Source of the DNA: an uncultured Nitrospinaceae bacterium
GTDB lineage: Bacteria; UBA8248
Reading direction: 5' to 3'
Assembly (NCBI GenBank): GCA_964005815.1
Contig: CAXFSR010000009.1
Location: 69,973-133,972, forward strand
Length of the DNA stretch: 64,000 nt
The notes under the pieces were generated by a model. It saw nothing but the letters and a program-made list of their open reading frames with translations. It made no database searches and had not been told where the DNA came from. Shown here one piece after another: positions 47,312 through 58,108 of the stretch. Positions within the stretch are counted from its first letter, which is position 1. Each line of letters starts with the position of its first letter. A program made the position numbers and the translations under genes.

Positions 47312-49153
47312 ATGAAGAGATTTTTAAATCCAGTTTCTGTGATAGCCATTTTATGGTCATTTTCTCAACTTTACTGGGCTTTTTTTGGTATGTTACATGT
47401 CTTTATTTCGCGCCCGATTCATCTAAGTTTAGCGATGTCAATTGTTTTTTTGACGAAGCCTTTCAAGAAAAATGGATCAATACATTTTTTTGATTATATT
47501 TTAGTTTTTTTAAGTATTGTTATTTCTATGATGTATTTTAACGACTGGAGTTTTTTGAATGACCGAATAAGAGATGTAGATCCAGTACCTATTCGTTATA
47601 TTTGGGCAGGATGTATCTATATATTATTAATTATTGAAACCTCACGTCGATTGTTAGGTTGGGGAGTTACTTCAGTTGCTGTACTTGCCTTATTTTATAA
47701 TTTTGCTGGACATCTGATACCAGGAGATCTCGGTCACAGATTCATTGAATTGCCTACATTTATCGAGTTTCAGATTTTAAGTGTTGAAGGTTTACTTGGT
47801 GTTCCACTTGGGGTGAGTGCTGAGGTAGTTTTTTATTTCATTCTATTTTCTGCTGCCTTGGATGTATCAGGTGGCGGGAAATTGTTTATAGATCTTGCGA
47901 TCCGACTTACAGGACGATTTAGAGGAGGACCAGCAAAAGCAGCTATAGTGAGCAGCAGTTTGATGGGAACAATAAGTGGCAGTGCAACTGCAAACGTAGT
48001 AGGAACTGGTATTTTTACGATCCCTCTAATGAAACGTCTCGGATTTACTCCACATTATTCGGGTGCTGTAGAGGCAGTTGCTTCTACAGGCGGGCAACTT
48101 ATGCCACCAATAATGGGTGCAGGTGCTTTCATTCTTGCTGATATGACTGGCACACCATATTTGCAAGTTGCGGCGGCGGCGGCACTTCCTGCGGTTATCT
48201 ATTATGTTTCTCTTTTCTTGATGGTTGACTTGGAATCCAAAAAACTCGGACTGAGCGGTCTTTCAGAAGATGAAATGCCTGTATTAAGAGATTTGCTTGT
48301 TGAGCGTGGTTTATTACTTCTCCCCGTTGTATTAATTGTGGGATATATGATTGCCGGATTCACTTTGATGTGGTCGGCTACTTCTGCCGCTATCGGTGTT
48401 GTTGTACTTAGTTGGTTTAGAAAATCTACTAGACTTGGGTTCATAGGAATTTTTGAAACACTAGAAAAAGCAGGAAAAATGACAATTGCTGTTGCGATTC
48501 CCTGTGCAATTGCGGGAGTGATTGTTGGAGTAGTGGATGATACGGGAATCGGTTTAAAATTTTCTGGCTTAATTGTTAATGTATCTAAGGGGATGCTTTT
48601 CCCAGCATTATGTATGACGATGTTTGCCTGCATAATAATGGGAATGGGAATGCCAACTGCAGCAGCATATATAATGTCAGGAACTTTGTTAGGGCCTGCT
48701 CTATCGAAGTTAGGACTTCCCATTCTTGCATCTCATATGTTTATCTATTATTTTGCTATTTTGTCAATGTTAACCCCCCCTGTTGCACTTTCTGCGTATG
48801 TTGCTTCCGGTGTGGCAAATTCCGACTTAACTAAGACTGGGTGGAAAGCTTTTCAACTTTCTCTAGCCGGATTTTTGGTTCCTTTTGCTTTCGTATACAA
48901 CCCATCTATGCTCTTTATTGGAAGTTTGTGGGAGACGATTTGGGTTACAATCACTTGTATTTTGGGTGTTTCTTCCCTCGCAGTATCTATATCTGGAGTC
49001 TTGTTTAAAACATTAAGATACTGGGAGAGAGTTTTATTTTTCGTTTGTGCAGTTTTACTTGTAGTATCAGAGAATTTAACTGATTTTATAGGAATAGGAC
49101 TTTTGGTCAGTATATTTTTAATTTTATTTATTAGAAATAAGAATGAAAAGTAG
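47312..49153 (+). CDS. TRAP transporter fused 4TM/12TM permease (TAXI type)
   Basis: GGPAKAA, GSATANV.GTG.FTIPLM, EAVASTGGQLMPPIMGAGAF, GMGMPT, TPPVAL. Confidence 0.93.
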   Translation: MKRFLNPVSVIAILWSFSQLYWAFFGMLHVFISRPIHLSLAMSIVFLTKPFKKNGSIHFFDYILVFLSIVISMMYFNDWSFLNDRIRDVDPVPIRYIWAGCIYILLIIETSRRLLGWGVTSVAVLALFYNFAGHLIPGDLGHRFIELPTFIEFQILSVEGLLGVPLGVSAEVVFYFILFSAALDVSGGGKLFIDLAIRLTGRFRGGPAKAAIVSSSLMGTISGSATANVVGTGIFTIPLMKRLGFTPHYSGAVEAVASTGGQLMPPIMGAGAFILADMTGTPYLQVAAAAALPAVIYYVSLFLMVDLESKKLGLSGLSEDEMPVLRDLLVERGLLLLPVVLIVGYMIAGFTLMWSATSAAIGVVVLSWFRKSTRLGFIGIFETLEKAGKMTIAVAIPCAIAGVIVGVVDDTGIGLKFSGLIVNVSKGMLFPALCMTMFACIIMGMGMPTAAAYIMSGTLLGPALSKLGLPILASHMFIYYFAILSMLTPPVALSAYVASGVANSDLTKTGWKAFQLSLAGFLVPFAFVYNPSMLFIGSLWETIWVTITCILGVSSLAVSISGVLFKTLRYWERVLFFVCAVLLVVSENLTDFIGIGLLVSIFLILFIRNKNEK

Positions 49154-49275
49154 CATGATTCGTTTTTGAAAGTTGATAATCATATCTTCTTATCTTATGA
49201 TTGTTGTATCGAAATAATTAATTGGGTTTCATTTTCCTCATAAGTTTCTTTAATTCTACTTTTGGGAGGGGCAAA

Positions 49276-50253
49276 ATGTTTCTGAACTTGAAGAGAATGT
49301 TTGCATTTGTAGTAGTATTCTTATTCATTGCTTGTTCACATGTAAGTGCTGCTGACAGACTTAAGATGGGAAGTTGGAAAAAAGGAAGTGGATGGCATGT
49401 GTATTCAGCAACCATGGCTAATATTGTTAATAACGCAAAAACAGGAGTTTCGATAGACCCACTTTCTAAAGGTGGTGGAGTTGGAAATCCTATCAATGTA
49501 GGGACAGGAAAATTTGATTTAGCTCTTACTTTTAGTGTAGCTGCTAGTTGGGCTGTTCAAGGAAAAGTTGCATACAAGAAAGCCTTTACTAACTTAAGAG
49601 GTTTAGTTGGTGGTCTTGATCAATATTACCTTGGAATCGTTACAACCAACAAAAAAGTTTCTAGTATCAACGATCTGAAAACAGTGCCTGTGAATTATAT
49701 AACTGTTCCACGTGGAGGTTTAGGTCAGTGGGCTACTCGTGCAATGTTAGGAGCACATGGAATAACATACGCGCACATAAAGAAGAATGGCGGGTCTGTT
49801 ACTCATACTGGTTTTGGTGCAATTAAGAGTAGAATGGCAGATGGTCAGGCAAATATGTTAAGCCATACGGTAAATGCAGGACATCCTGCACTAACATCAA
49901 TAGCGATCAAAAAGAAACTTAAATTCTTAGGGGTTGAAGATAAGTATAGAAACAAATTGCTCGATATTGGATTTTTGAAAGCAGATTTGCCAGCGAATAC
50001 CTTCCCTGGTCAAACTTCATCTAAGAAGACTTTTGGATTTACTACTTGTGTTATTGCATCAACTAAGATGTCAAATGATGTAGCATACAAAATAGTTAAA
50101 TCATTAATCAGCAATATCAAAGATCTTCGAGCTGGACATAAAGGTTTGCGTAATTTCAAACCAGAGAAAACTGGATGGAAAGTTTCGCAAATGGGTGCTC
50201 CAGTGCATGCAGGTGCCGCAAGATATTATAAAGAAAGAGGTTGGTTGAAATAA
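49276..50253 (+). CDS. TAXI family TRAP solute-binding protein
   Basis: Signal peptide, GSGW..Y, GGVGN, LPANTFPGQ, PVHAGAARYYKERG. RBS GGAGG. Confidence 0.9.
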   Translation: MFLNLKRMFAFVVVFLFIACSHVSAADRLKMGSWKKGSGWHVYSATMANIVNNAKTGVSIDPLSKGGGVGNPINVGTGKFDLALTFSVAASWAVQGKVAYKKAFTNLRGLVGGLDQYYLGIVTTNKKVSSINDLKTVPVNYITVPRGGLGQWATRAMLGAHGITYAHIKKNGGSVTHTGFGAIKSRMADGQANMLSHTVNAGHPALTSIAIKKKLKFLGVEDKYRNKLLDIGFLKADLPANTFPGQTSSKKTFGFTTCVIASTKMSNDVAYKIVKSLISNIKDLRAGHKGLRNFKPEKTGWKVSQMGAPVHAGAARYYKERGWLK

Positions 50254-50261
50254 ATTTTACA

Positions 50262-50299
50262 TTTTGGCATCGTCCTCATTTTTAGGGACGGTGCCAAAA
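50262..50299. terminator. Stem-loop / intrinsic terminator after the TAXI gene
   Basis: TTTTGGCATCGTCC/GGACGGTGCCAAAA inverted repeat. Confidence 0.7.
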
Positions 50300-50367
50300 A
50301 AATAAAGTTTTTTTAGTTTCTTAATAAAAGAATTATTCAGTAGTTTTTTCAATCAGGAGTTTCCAAT

Positions 50368-51750
50368 ATGATTGGACAAAGTCTTCGAGATTTTCTGAAG
50401 ATGGTAGAGGAAGAATTTCCTGAAGAGTTTGTCCGAGTCACATTGCCAGTAAGTCGTGAAGACATTACTGCGACTGTTTTTGAACTCGAAAGTGTAGGGA
50501 AGAGTCCAGTTGTTTTTTTCGAAAATGTCAAAGGATTCAACTATCCTGTTGTTACTAATATAGCGGGGAACAGAAAACTTCTAGCTGCAAGCCTTAAAGT
50601 TAATCCATCTGAACTACCGACTACATTCAAAGATCGTTGTCAGGATTACAAGCCTGTAAAAGTTGAAAATGATCCTCCTTGGGAAGAAGTTTTTTTTGAA
50701 GGAGAGGATGTTGATCTGAATAATTTGCCGATCCCTCTTCATTTCGAAGTTGATGCAGCTCCGTATATAACAGCTGGACAAATTACTGCACGTGATCCTG
50801 AGACAGGTGTGGACACAACTGGCTTCCATCGACTAATGTTAAATGGAAAAAATAAACTTGGGGTGTCTCTTCATTCTAGACGAAGAATGTATCATTTTCA
50901 TAAAAAAGCTGAATCTCGAGGAGAGTCCTTACCAGCGGCTATTGCAATCGGTATTCATCCTATTCATTATATGGGATCTATGGCTTACCATTTTCCTCCT
51001 AATATTCGTAAGTATGAAGTTATCGGAGGTCTGTTTGGTGAGCCTTATAAAGTTTCGTCTTGTTCTACTAATAATTTGGAAGTTCCCTTTGGCGCAGAAA
51101 TTGTTTTAGAAGGTGAGATCTTGGCAGGTGTTAATGAACCTGAAGGGCCATTTGGCGAATTTACTGGGTATGCATCTTATAGGAGTACTCAAAACGTTTT
51201 TAATGTAAAAAAGGTACAGATGAGAAAAGACGCTATTTTCCATAGCATAGCTTCCGGTATGTCGGCAGACCATATTCTAATATCTTGTGTGAGTAGAGAA
51301 GCTGAAATTTTAAATTCTTTGCGTCGAAACCTTCCTAATGTGAAAAATGTTCACGTGCCGTCTGTAACCGCAGGAGCACTTCTGGCAATAGTTTCTATGG
51401 AAAAAACAGCAGAGGGGCAACCTCAGCAAGCAGTTATGGCAGCATTGGGAACGGAGTTTTATTGTAAATGTGTAGTAGTGGTTGATGATGATGTAGATAT
51501 TTTTAATTTGTCTGATGTAGCGTGGGCAATTATGACGCGAACACGTGCCGAAAAGGATATATTTTTTATACCTGGTGCGATGGGCGCAATTCTAGATCCC
51601 ACATCTGACCCTGAAAATCATACTCTAACTAAAGTAGGTATTGATGCTACAAAACCTAAAGGAAAAGATTTTGCAGAACGGTTGTTTGTATCCGAACAAC
51701 AAAAAGAACGTGTACGTGAAATATTACGTTCTTCCGGATTGCAAATTTAG
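50368..51750 (+). CDS. UbiD family (prenylated-FMN-dependent) decarboxylase
   Basis: LPIP...D.APYITAG, HRL, EIVLEG, EGPFGEFTGY, VVDDDVDIF, LDP, KVGIDAT. Confidence 0.93.
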   Translation: MIGQSLRDFLKMVEEEFPEEFVRVTLPVSREDITATVFELESVGKSPVVFFENVKGFNYPVVTNIAGNRKLLAASLKVNPSELPTTFKDRCQDYKPVKVENDPPWEEVFFEGEDVDLNNLPIPLHFEVDAAPYITAGQITARDPETGVDTTGFHRLMLNGKNKLGVSLHSRRRMYHFHKKAESRGESLPAAIAIGIHPIHYMGSMAYHFPPNIRKYEVIGGLFGEPYKVSSCSTNNLEVPFGAEIVLEGEILAGVNEPEGPFGEFTGYASYRSTQNVFNVKKVQMRKDAIFHSIASGMSADHILISCVSREAEILNSLRRNLPNVKNVHVPSVTAGALLAIVSMEKTAEGQPQQAVMAALGTEFYCKCVVVVDDDVDIFNLSDVAWAIMTRTRAEKDIFFIPGAMGAILDPTSDPENHTLTKVGIDATKPKGKDFAERLFVSEQQKERVREILRSSGLQI

Positions 51751-51818
51751 TAGTGTCGATTAGCTTTTCATTATGAAATTATAGTTCGAGTTTCAATTCT
51801 ATAGATCGGAGATTATAT

Positions 51819-53309
51819 ATGAGAACAAAGATTGAAGCATCATGGATAGTTGCCTTTGATGAGGGTGACCATAAATTAATTAGGGATGGGGTTGTTGTAT
51901 ATGAGGATAATAAGATTCTTTTTGTTGGAAAATCCTTCGACGGAGAAGTCGACGATGTCATTAATGCCACAGGAAAGCTAGTTTGTCCTGGATTTATTGA
52001 TACTCATGTACACTCTGGTCATAGAGCTTCACATAGATTGATCACTGATACTGGACGTCCTATGTATTATGGACAACCCTTTTTGGAAATATCGGTTCCT
52101 AAAGAAGGGAAGGTAGTTAGCGGTGACCCAAGATATCTTAAGCATGGTGATAGTGAGAGTGAATCCGCTTTTCGTCTAAATGCCATTTTTACTGTTGCAG
52201 AACTTTTAAGAAATGGAGTCACGACTTTTATAGAATATGGTAGTCAATTGCGTGTACAAGAAGCATTGCTAGGTGAAGTGGAAAGATTAGGTACTAGAGC
52301 TTATCTGGGTCCAGGTTATGATTGTGGGCGTTGGGTAGGTGACAAGTCGGGACAATTGAAAAGAGTTAGAAATGATCAGCTTGGATTAGACGGGTTCAAT
52401 ACAGCTCTTAACTGGATAAAGGAAAATAATGGGACAGTTGAAGATAGAGTTCGGGGAATTTTAGTTCCCCGTGAAGTAGAAACATGTTCTTTAGAGGTTT
52501 TGAAACTAACTAGAGATGCTTCAAATGAATTCGGCTTCCCTATGGCAACTCACGCTGCGTATAGTGTAATTGAGTTTTATGAAGTAGTTAAGGAGCATAT
52601 GAAGACCCCGATCGAACTTCTGGATGATTTAGATATGTTAAGACCAACATTAAATATAGGACATGGGAATTTTATTTCTGACAATTCGAATTTAAATTAT
52701 TCTTCACATAATGACTTAAAGCTTATGGGTGAGTCTGGAGCGTCTATATCACATTGTCCTATCAATATAATGAGGAGAGGTCGTAAGCTTGATAATTGGA
52801 AGAAATATGAAATGGCTGGTGTAAATATTTCGATAGGAACGGACACATATCCACGTGATATGATTATGAATATGAGGAATGCTTCATACCATGGAAAAGT
52901 AATGGGAAATTCATATTTTTATGCAAGTGCGGGCGATGTTTTCCGTGCAGCTACTATAGGTGGAGCGATTTCAGTTGGACGAGATGACCTAGGAAGACTT
53001 AAGCCGGGTGCAATAGCAGATATCTTGATAATTGATATGACAGGAAGAGGGACTTTGAGATTTGGTCCGGTAAGAGACCCGATCAAGAGTCTGGTTGAAT
53101 GTGGAGTTGGAGATGATGTCCAAACTGTTATTGTCGATGGTAAAACAGTGATGGATAATGGAGTTATTCCTGATGTGGATTTGTCAAAGGTTGCTCAAGA
53201 AGCACAAATTGCTGGGGAACAGGTTTGGAATACTCATCAAGATTGGGATCCACTTGAAAGAACACACGTAGAAGCGTGTCCGTGGTGTTATTCAATGGAT
53301 GATATTTAG
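51819..53309 (+). CDS. Amidohydrolase/chlorohydrolase (deaminase) family protein
   Basis: PGFIDTHVH, LLRNGVTT, SHCP, IGTD, AATIGGA, GRLKPGAIAD. Confidence 0.9.
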   Translation: MRTKIEASWIVAFDEGDHKLIRDGVVVYEDNKILFVGKSFDGEVDDVINATGKLVCPGFIDTHVHSGHRASHRLITDTGRPMYYGQPFLEISVPKEGKVVSGDPRYLKHGDSESESAFRLNAIFTVAELLRNGVTTFIEYGSQLRVQEALLGEVERLGTRAYLGPGYDCGRWVGDKSGQLKRVRNDQLGLDGFNTALNWIKENNGTVEDRVRGILVPREVETCSLEVLKLTRDASNEFGFPMATHAAYSVIEFYEVVKEHMKTPIELLDDLDMLRPTLNIGHGNFISDNSNLNYSSHNDLKLMGESGASISHCPINIMRRGRKLDNWKKYEMAGVNISIGTDTYPRDMIMNMRNASYHGKVMGNSYFYASAGDVFRAATIGGAISVGRDDLGRLKPGAIADILIIDMTGRGTLRFGPVRDPIKSLVECGVGDDVQTVIVDGKTVMDNGVIPDVDLSKVAQEAQIAGEQVWNTHQDWDPLERTHVEACPWCYSMDDI

Positions 53310-53314
53310 AATAA

Positions 53315-54640
53315 TTATTTTTCTTCTTGAGAAGAAATATATCCTGGGATTTTTATTGTACGAAATTCTTTTTCTAGAGAACCTAGAGGTGCAGTAGCAT
53401 CTAACCCCATTTTGGATGTGATGCCATTATTTGCGGATGGATCTAGTTTACTTCCCATAACTCCATCTATAACAAAAAGGTCTTTATGGGCTTGAAACCT
53501 TGTGGCAATAGCCCAATCTATTTCCTTTAAATCATGTATGTTGATGTCATGATCGACAACTGTTACATGTTTAATATCGTAATGAGAAGATAAGGCAGAC
53601 ATAAGTATATTCTTGACTTCTCCTTCATTGATTTTTTTGATTTGTACAAAACAGTGAAAACGACCCGAAGATGAAAGAGGCAATGATACATCTTGAACTG
53701 ATGGGTTATTTTTCCTCAAGTCATTTAATAAGGCTACTTCTCGAGGGATAGAACCCATTAGAAGATGATCAAATCCAGCAGGTAGGACAGAGTAATAAAT
53801 GGCATCTTCTCTCATAGATATAGAACGTATGTTTAAAACTTCTCTTTTGCCCGATGGGCCATAATATTTTGGAAACTCACCAAATGGACCTTCTTCATGT
53901 TTTTCATCGGGAAGAATTTCTCCTTCAATAACTATTTCTGAGTCAGTGGGGACGGCAATTCCTGACCAGGGTCCAGGGGTAAGAGATATCGGTTCTCCTC
54001 TGACAGCACATGCAATATTGATTTCATCTTCGTCTGGAGAAAGTACTAATTGACTTGCTAAAAGTAGGATTGGGTCTAACCCAATTGATACTGCAACTTT
54101 CAAAGATGATTTTTTATTTCGATTTAAAATTGATTTTAAGTGTCTTGGGAGGACGAGTAGTCCAAATTTGTTTTTGTCTATTACCTGCATGCGATGTATA
54201 GAAACATTCCTTATTCCAGTTTCTGGGTCATGTACAAAAAAAACACCTGCTGTTATATATGGCCCTGCATCATATTCATGGTAAGTTGGAATAGGAAGAG
54301 TACCCGTAATGTTAATTTCCTCAGTTGTTTTTTCTAAAAATTTAGCATCCGTTTCTAATTTGGGTTCTATTTTTTTTTGTTGTTTTTCTATCAATTCTTT
54401 CAAGAGATCTCGGGAATTTAAACCTAGTTTTTCCGAATACCATTCTCTATTACAGAGTATATTTGATATGATAGGCACATCAGGTCCGTCAGTATTTCGA
54501 AAAAAAACTGCACTTTGCCCATCAAACTTTTTAGAAATTGCAGCAACTTCCCATTGAAGTTTTACTTTTTTTTCTATCTTTTCGAATCTTTCTTTGTCTT
54601 TTAACGAATTTATCCAACTTCTTAATCCAAATTCAGACAT
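53315..54640 (-). CDS. UbiD family decarboxylase (second paralogue)
   Basis: LPIPT..E.DAGPYITAG, SIHRMQ, EGPFGEFPKYYG, VVDHDI, GSKLDPS, KMGLDAT. Confidence 0.92.
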   Translation of the reverse strand: MSEFGLRSWINSLKDKERFEKIEKKVKLQWEVAAISKKFDGQSAVFFRNTDGPDVPIISNILCNREWYSEKLGLNSRDLLKELIEKQQKKIEPKLETDAKFLEKTTEEINITGTLPIPTYHEYDAGPYITAGVFFVHDPETGIRNVSIHRMQVIDKNKFGLLVLPRHLKSILNRNKKSSLKVAVSIGLDPILLLASQLVLSPDEDEINIACAVRGEPISLTPGPWSGIAVPTDSEIVIEGEILPDEKHEEGPFGEFPKYYGPSGKREVLNIRSISMREDAIYYSVLPAGFDHLLMGSIPREVALLNDLRKNNPSVQDVSLPLSSSGRFHCFVQIKKINEGEVKNILMSALSSHYDIKHVTVVDHDINIHDLKEIDWAIATRFQAHKDLFVIDGVMGSKLDPSANNGITSKMGLDATAPLGSLEKEFRTIKIPGYISSQEEK

Positions 54641-54764
54641 AAAGGCATCTCCTGTTGTATAATGTAACTTTATTATATTTACTTTAGATTAAATAGTCTT
54701 TTTTCCATTTTTAAATTGGCGTTTAGATTTTAAATTTCTATCAAAACTTGTAAGGAGTCAGATT

Positions 54765-55532
54765 GTGAAACTAATAAGATTTAGTTTTCAAGAAAATAAT
54801 AGCTGGGGAGTCTTAGAAGGTGATTCTGTTTTCTCTGTAACGGGGAGCGTATATGGAAATTTTGAGAAAGGTGAAAAAGTTTGTTCATTAAGTGAGGTCA
54901 AATTGTTGGCTCCCGCAGAACCTAAAATTATGGTTTGTGTCGGTGTTAATTTTAAAAATGCGACAAATGCGGATGGAGATACAGTTGCTGTTGAGAGAAG
55001 TTGTCCTAAATGCTTTTTTAAACCTGCAAGTACATTGTCCGATCCATTTTCTGGGGTTGAATATCCAGTTAATGCAAAAGATCCTCATTTGGAAGTGGAA
55101 CTATGCGTTGTAATAAAGAAGAAAGCGAAAAATTTAACGATAGATGAAGTTTCAGATTATGTACTTGGTTACACATGTGGCAATGAACTTGGTGCAATGG
55201 ACTATATAAGAGAGGACAATAATGTAACCCGTGGTAGAGGTTTTGATACTTCTGGTCCACTTGGACCGCACCTAGAGACAGAACTTGACACATCTAATCT
55301 AGCTCTTACAAGTAGAGTTAATGGAGAGGTTGTGCAAGAAGGAAATACCGATATGATGATTTTTAATCCTTTAGAAGTTGTGCAACACGTCACTTCATTT
55401 ATTACTTTACAACCGGGTGATGTAGTATGGACTGGAACACCAAAAGGAAGATCCCCTGTAAAAATAGGAGATAAGATGGAAGTAGAGGTAGAGGGTATTG
55501 GAATTCTAGAAAATAAAGTTTTGCCATACTAA
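54765..55532 (+). CDS. Fumarylacetoacetate hydrolase family protein
   Basis: FFKP, EVEL.VVI, GYTCGNE, FDTSGPLGP, TLQPGDVV.TGTP. Confidence 0.9.
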   Translation: MKLIRFSFQENNSWGVLEGDSVFSVTGSVYGNFEKGEKVCSLSEVKLLAPAEPKIMVCVGVNFKNATNADGDTVAVERSCPKCFFKPASTLSDPFSGVEYPVNAKDPHLEVELCVVIKKKAKNLTIDEVSDYVLGYTCGNELGAMDYIREDNNVTRGRGFDTSGPLGPHLETELDTSNLALTSRVNGEVVQEGNTDMMIFNPLEVVQHVTSFITLQPGDVVWTGTPKGRSPVKIGDKMEVEVEGIGILENKVLPY

Positions 55533-55588
55533 AAAAACTTGATTAATGGGTAGAGAAATTTATCCTTTTTTCTTTTTAGGGGGAAAAG

Positions 55589-56116
55589 ATGGCTCGTTTA
55601 GAAGAAATTAGCACAGAAACCATGACTGAAGAACAAAGAGAGGTTTACGCAAAAACAAGGCCTGGTCAAACAGGAACCGTACATGGACCTGCAGGACCAT
55701 GGCAACGTAGTCCGCAGATGTACGAGCGTCTTGGGTGGATGATTCCATTCATGAGAGATCATAGTGAAATACCTGGGAAAACGAGAGAATTTGCTATTCT
55801 GCTTACGGTAATTTTATGGAATTCGATGTATCCATTTAAAAGACATCATGCTGCGGCTATAAAAAATGGTGTTGAGCAAGACCTAATAGATGCTTTAGAG
55901 AAAGGTGAAAGGCCACAGTTTAAGGATCCTAATGACGAAACAATTTATGATTTTTGTGTTCAGTTACGAGAAAATAAATTTGTTTCGGATGAAATATATA
56001 ATAAAGCTTTAAATTTTTTAGGTGAAAAAGGATTAGTAGAGTTTGTGGGTTTAATTGGTTTATATACTTCGATTGCATTTACTGTAAATGTATTTGAGGT
56101 TCCAGTGATTGATTGA
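55589..56116 (+). CDS. Carboxymuconolactone decarboxylase family protein
   Basis: GP...W.RSP, REFAIL, H...A...G, LGEKGLVEFVGLIG.Y...A.T.NVF. Confidence 0.8.
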   Translation: MARLEEISTETMTEEQREVYAKTRPGQTGTVHGPAGPWQRSPQMYERLGWMIPFMRDHSEIPGKTREFAILLTVILWNSMYPFKRHHAAAIKNGVEQDLIDALEKGERPQFKDPNDETIYDFCVQLRENKFVSDEIYNKALNFLGEKGLVEFVGLIGLYTSIAFTVNVFEVPVID

Positions 56117-56137
56117 ATTTTATGGAAGAAAACTATT

Positions 56138-56908
56138 TTGGCAATGACTAGATTTAATTTCAACGGCAAGAAAATTATTGTTACAGGTGGTACGCGTGGA
56201 ATTGGTGAAGGAATTGTTAGAGCTTTTTTGAAATCTGGTGCTGAGGTGTTTTTTTTGGGACTTAATGCTCAGAAGGGTGGAAAACTTGAGTCTGAGCTTT
56301 GCTCTGAAAATTTTAAAGTTTCTTTTTTTCGATGTGATGTCACGAAAGAAGATGAAGTCAAAGAAATCTTTGATAAGATTGTTTTTCATGCAGGTAATAT
56401 AGATGTTTTGGTGAATAACGCAGGAGGTTGGGAAAATCAGCAGTCGGTCTTAAAAACATCTTTAGACGAATGGGAAAAAATTATCTCTAGGAACTTAAGA
56501 AGTGTTTTCCTGTGTTCAAAACAAATTATTCCTGTTTTTCAATCACAAAAAAGTGGCAGAATTGTGAATATAAGTTCAATAGGTAGTCTTACGATTGTAA
56601 AATCTGCCTCCTCTCCGCCATATATTGCTGCAAAAGCAGGTGTAAATGCTCTTGGACGTGTACTAGCTGCCGAATTAGCTGACTATAATGTTGCAGTGAA
56701 TACTTTGGCCCCATCCACGACAGAAACCGAAAGACTTGTTAGAGTCAGAAGTGAAGATCAAAGAAAACAAATGGCTGAAAGAACTTTATTTAGGCGTCTC
56801 TCAACAGTAGAAGAAATAGCGAATTGGGTTTTGTTTCTTGCTGCTCCTGAATCTTCTTATTTGACTGGGCAAACTATTAGTGTAAATGGTGGAAGATTAA
56901 TGATCTGA
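56138..56908 (+). CDS. Short-chain dehydrogenase/reductase
   Basis: TGGTRGIG, NNAG, YIAAK, TGQTISVNGG. Confidence 0.92.
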   Translation: MAMTRFNFNGKKIIVTGGTRGIGEGIVRAFLKSGAEVFFLGLNAQKGGKLESELCSENFKVSFFRCDVTKEDEVKEIFDKIVFHAGNIDVLVNNAGGWENQQSVLKTSLDEWEKIISRNLRSVFLCSKQIIPVFQSQKSGRIVNISSIGSLTIVKSASSPPYIAAKAGVNALGRVLAAELADYNVAVNTLAPSTTETERLVRVRSEDQRKQMAERTLFRRLSTVEEIANWVLFLAAPESSYLTGQTISVNGGRLMI

Positions 56909-56917
56909 TTTTTTAAG

Positions 56918-56959
56918 ACAACAAGCCTCTTTCTTTTGAAGAAGAAAGAGGCTTGTTGT
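56918..56959. terminator. Bidirectional intrinsic terminator
   Basis: 18-bp perfect stem ACAACAAGCCTCTTTCTT/AAGAAAGAGGCTTGTTGT with a 6-nt loop between convergent genes. Confidence 0.8.
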
Positions 56960-56962
56960 AAT

Positions 56963-57865
56963 TTATTTGAGTCCTAAAATCTTTGCAGGATTTTTCTTGA
57001 TCATAGTGTCGATATCTTTTTTAGAAATACCACAAAAATTCATCATATTAGCAAAAACTTCCATTCCAATTGCAGGTGGTGGACTAGTGTGATTTCCTCC
57101 ATCCGTAATTAATGTACAGTGTTGGGGTCCTACTGCTTTGATCATTTCCGCAGCTTCTCTAGGATGTTTTCCAGCGAAAAGTGGATTGCAGGCATTGTAT
57201 GAAATATTATGCAAAGCACCCTGCGCCGCTATCTTTTTGACCCAATCATGGGTAAATGCAGCATTTCCGTTAGGGTGTTCAACCATTAACTTAACTTTTT
57301 TACTCTTCTTTTTTGCAGCTTTAAATAAATTGAATGTTTCTTCTGGGGATAGATGTCCATTTGAAAGAATTAGATCGTATTTTATTACAGCTTCTATAAT
57401 TTTATGGAGATCATCCGTTAACTGTTTAGTGCCAGGGTTGTAAATACTTATGGGCTCCACTTTTTGGCCAAACTTAAAATGAGTAAATAGATGTCCTTGT
57501 TTGGGTTTGCTATGTTGGTGAAGCGAATCCATCGTTGGCATTTGTATAACCTTAACTCCTTCCCCAACTGACATCATTACACAGCGGTAGTTAATTCCTC
57601 CTTGGGGATGATTACATGCATGTAAACTAAAACAGTCAATATCTGGAACAGCTCTATTTGTTAAAATGGCTTTGTGTGTAGTGGGTCTGAAATGATCTTT
57701 GAATACAATTGCTCTCATCCCCATTTCGACCGCAACTCTAGCAATATCTATAGTGTCTCCCCAGCGTTCTACACAATCCGGTCCAGAGTGTATATGAAGG
57801 TCACATGATCCAGTAATATCTACGTTCTTCTTTTCAAGATATATATTCGTCCATTTTTTTTCCAT
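56963..57865 (-). CDS. DUF6282-like TIM-barrel metal-dependent hydrolase
   Basis: DLHIHSGPD, GMRAIVFKDH, MPT, GHLSPEE, EHP, TDGG, NPAKILG. ATG at 57865 follows GGAGGAG. Confidence 0.75.
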   Translation of the reverse strand: MEKKWTNIYLEKKNVDITGSCDLHIHSGPDCVERWGDTIDIARVAVEMGMRAIVFKDHFRPTTHKAILTNRAVPDIDCFSLHACNHPQGGINYRCVMMSVGEGVKVIQMPTMDSLHQHSKPKQGHLFTHFKFGQKVEPISIYNPGTKQLTDDLHKIIEAVIKYDLILSNGHLSPEETFNLFKAAKKKSKKVKLMVEHPNGNAAFTHDWVKKIAAQGALHNISYNACNPLFAGKHPREAAEMIKAVGPQHCTLITDGGNHTSPPPAIGMEVFANMMNFCGISKKDIDTMIKKNPAKILGLK

Positions 57866-58108
57866 GTTTCTCCTCCAGTTTTGTGATATTTTGAAAAAGA
57901 ATTCCTTCAAAGTGAAAAATGAACATATTATGTTGAACTTCTTATCTTCCTAGCATTTCACTTTTTTGGATTTATATGTATTATTTGTATGACCTAATGC
58001 ATTATACAATAAAAAAACTGATTTACAACCCGATTGTAATCCTTATGTGTTTGAGGTGCGATAGGCGTGGAGTTGGTTCTTTTCTTTTTATTCCATTTTA
58101 TGGAGTAT

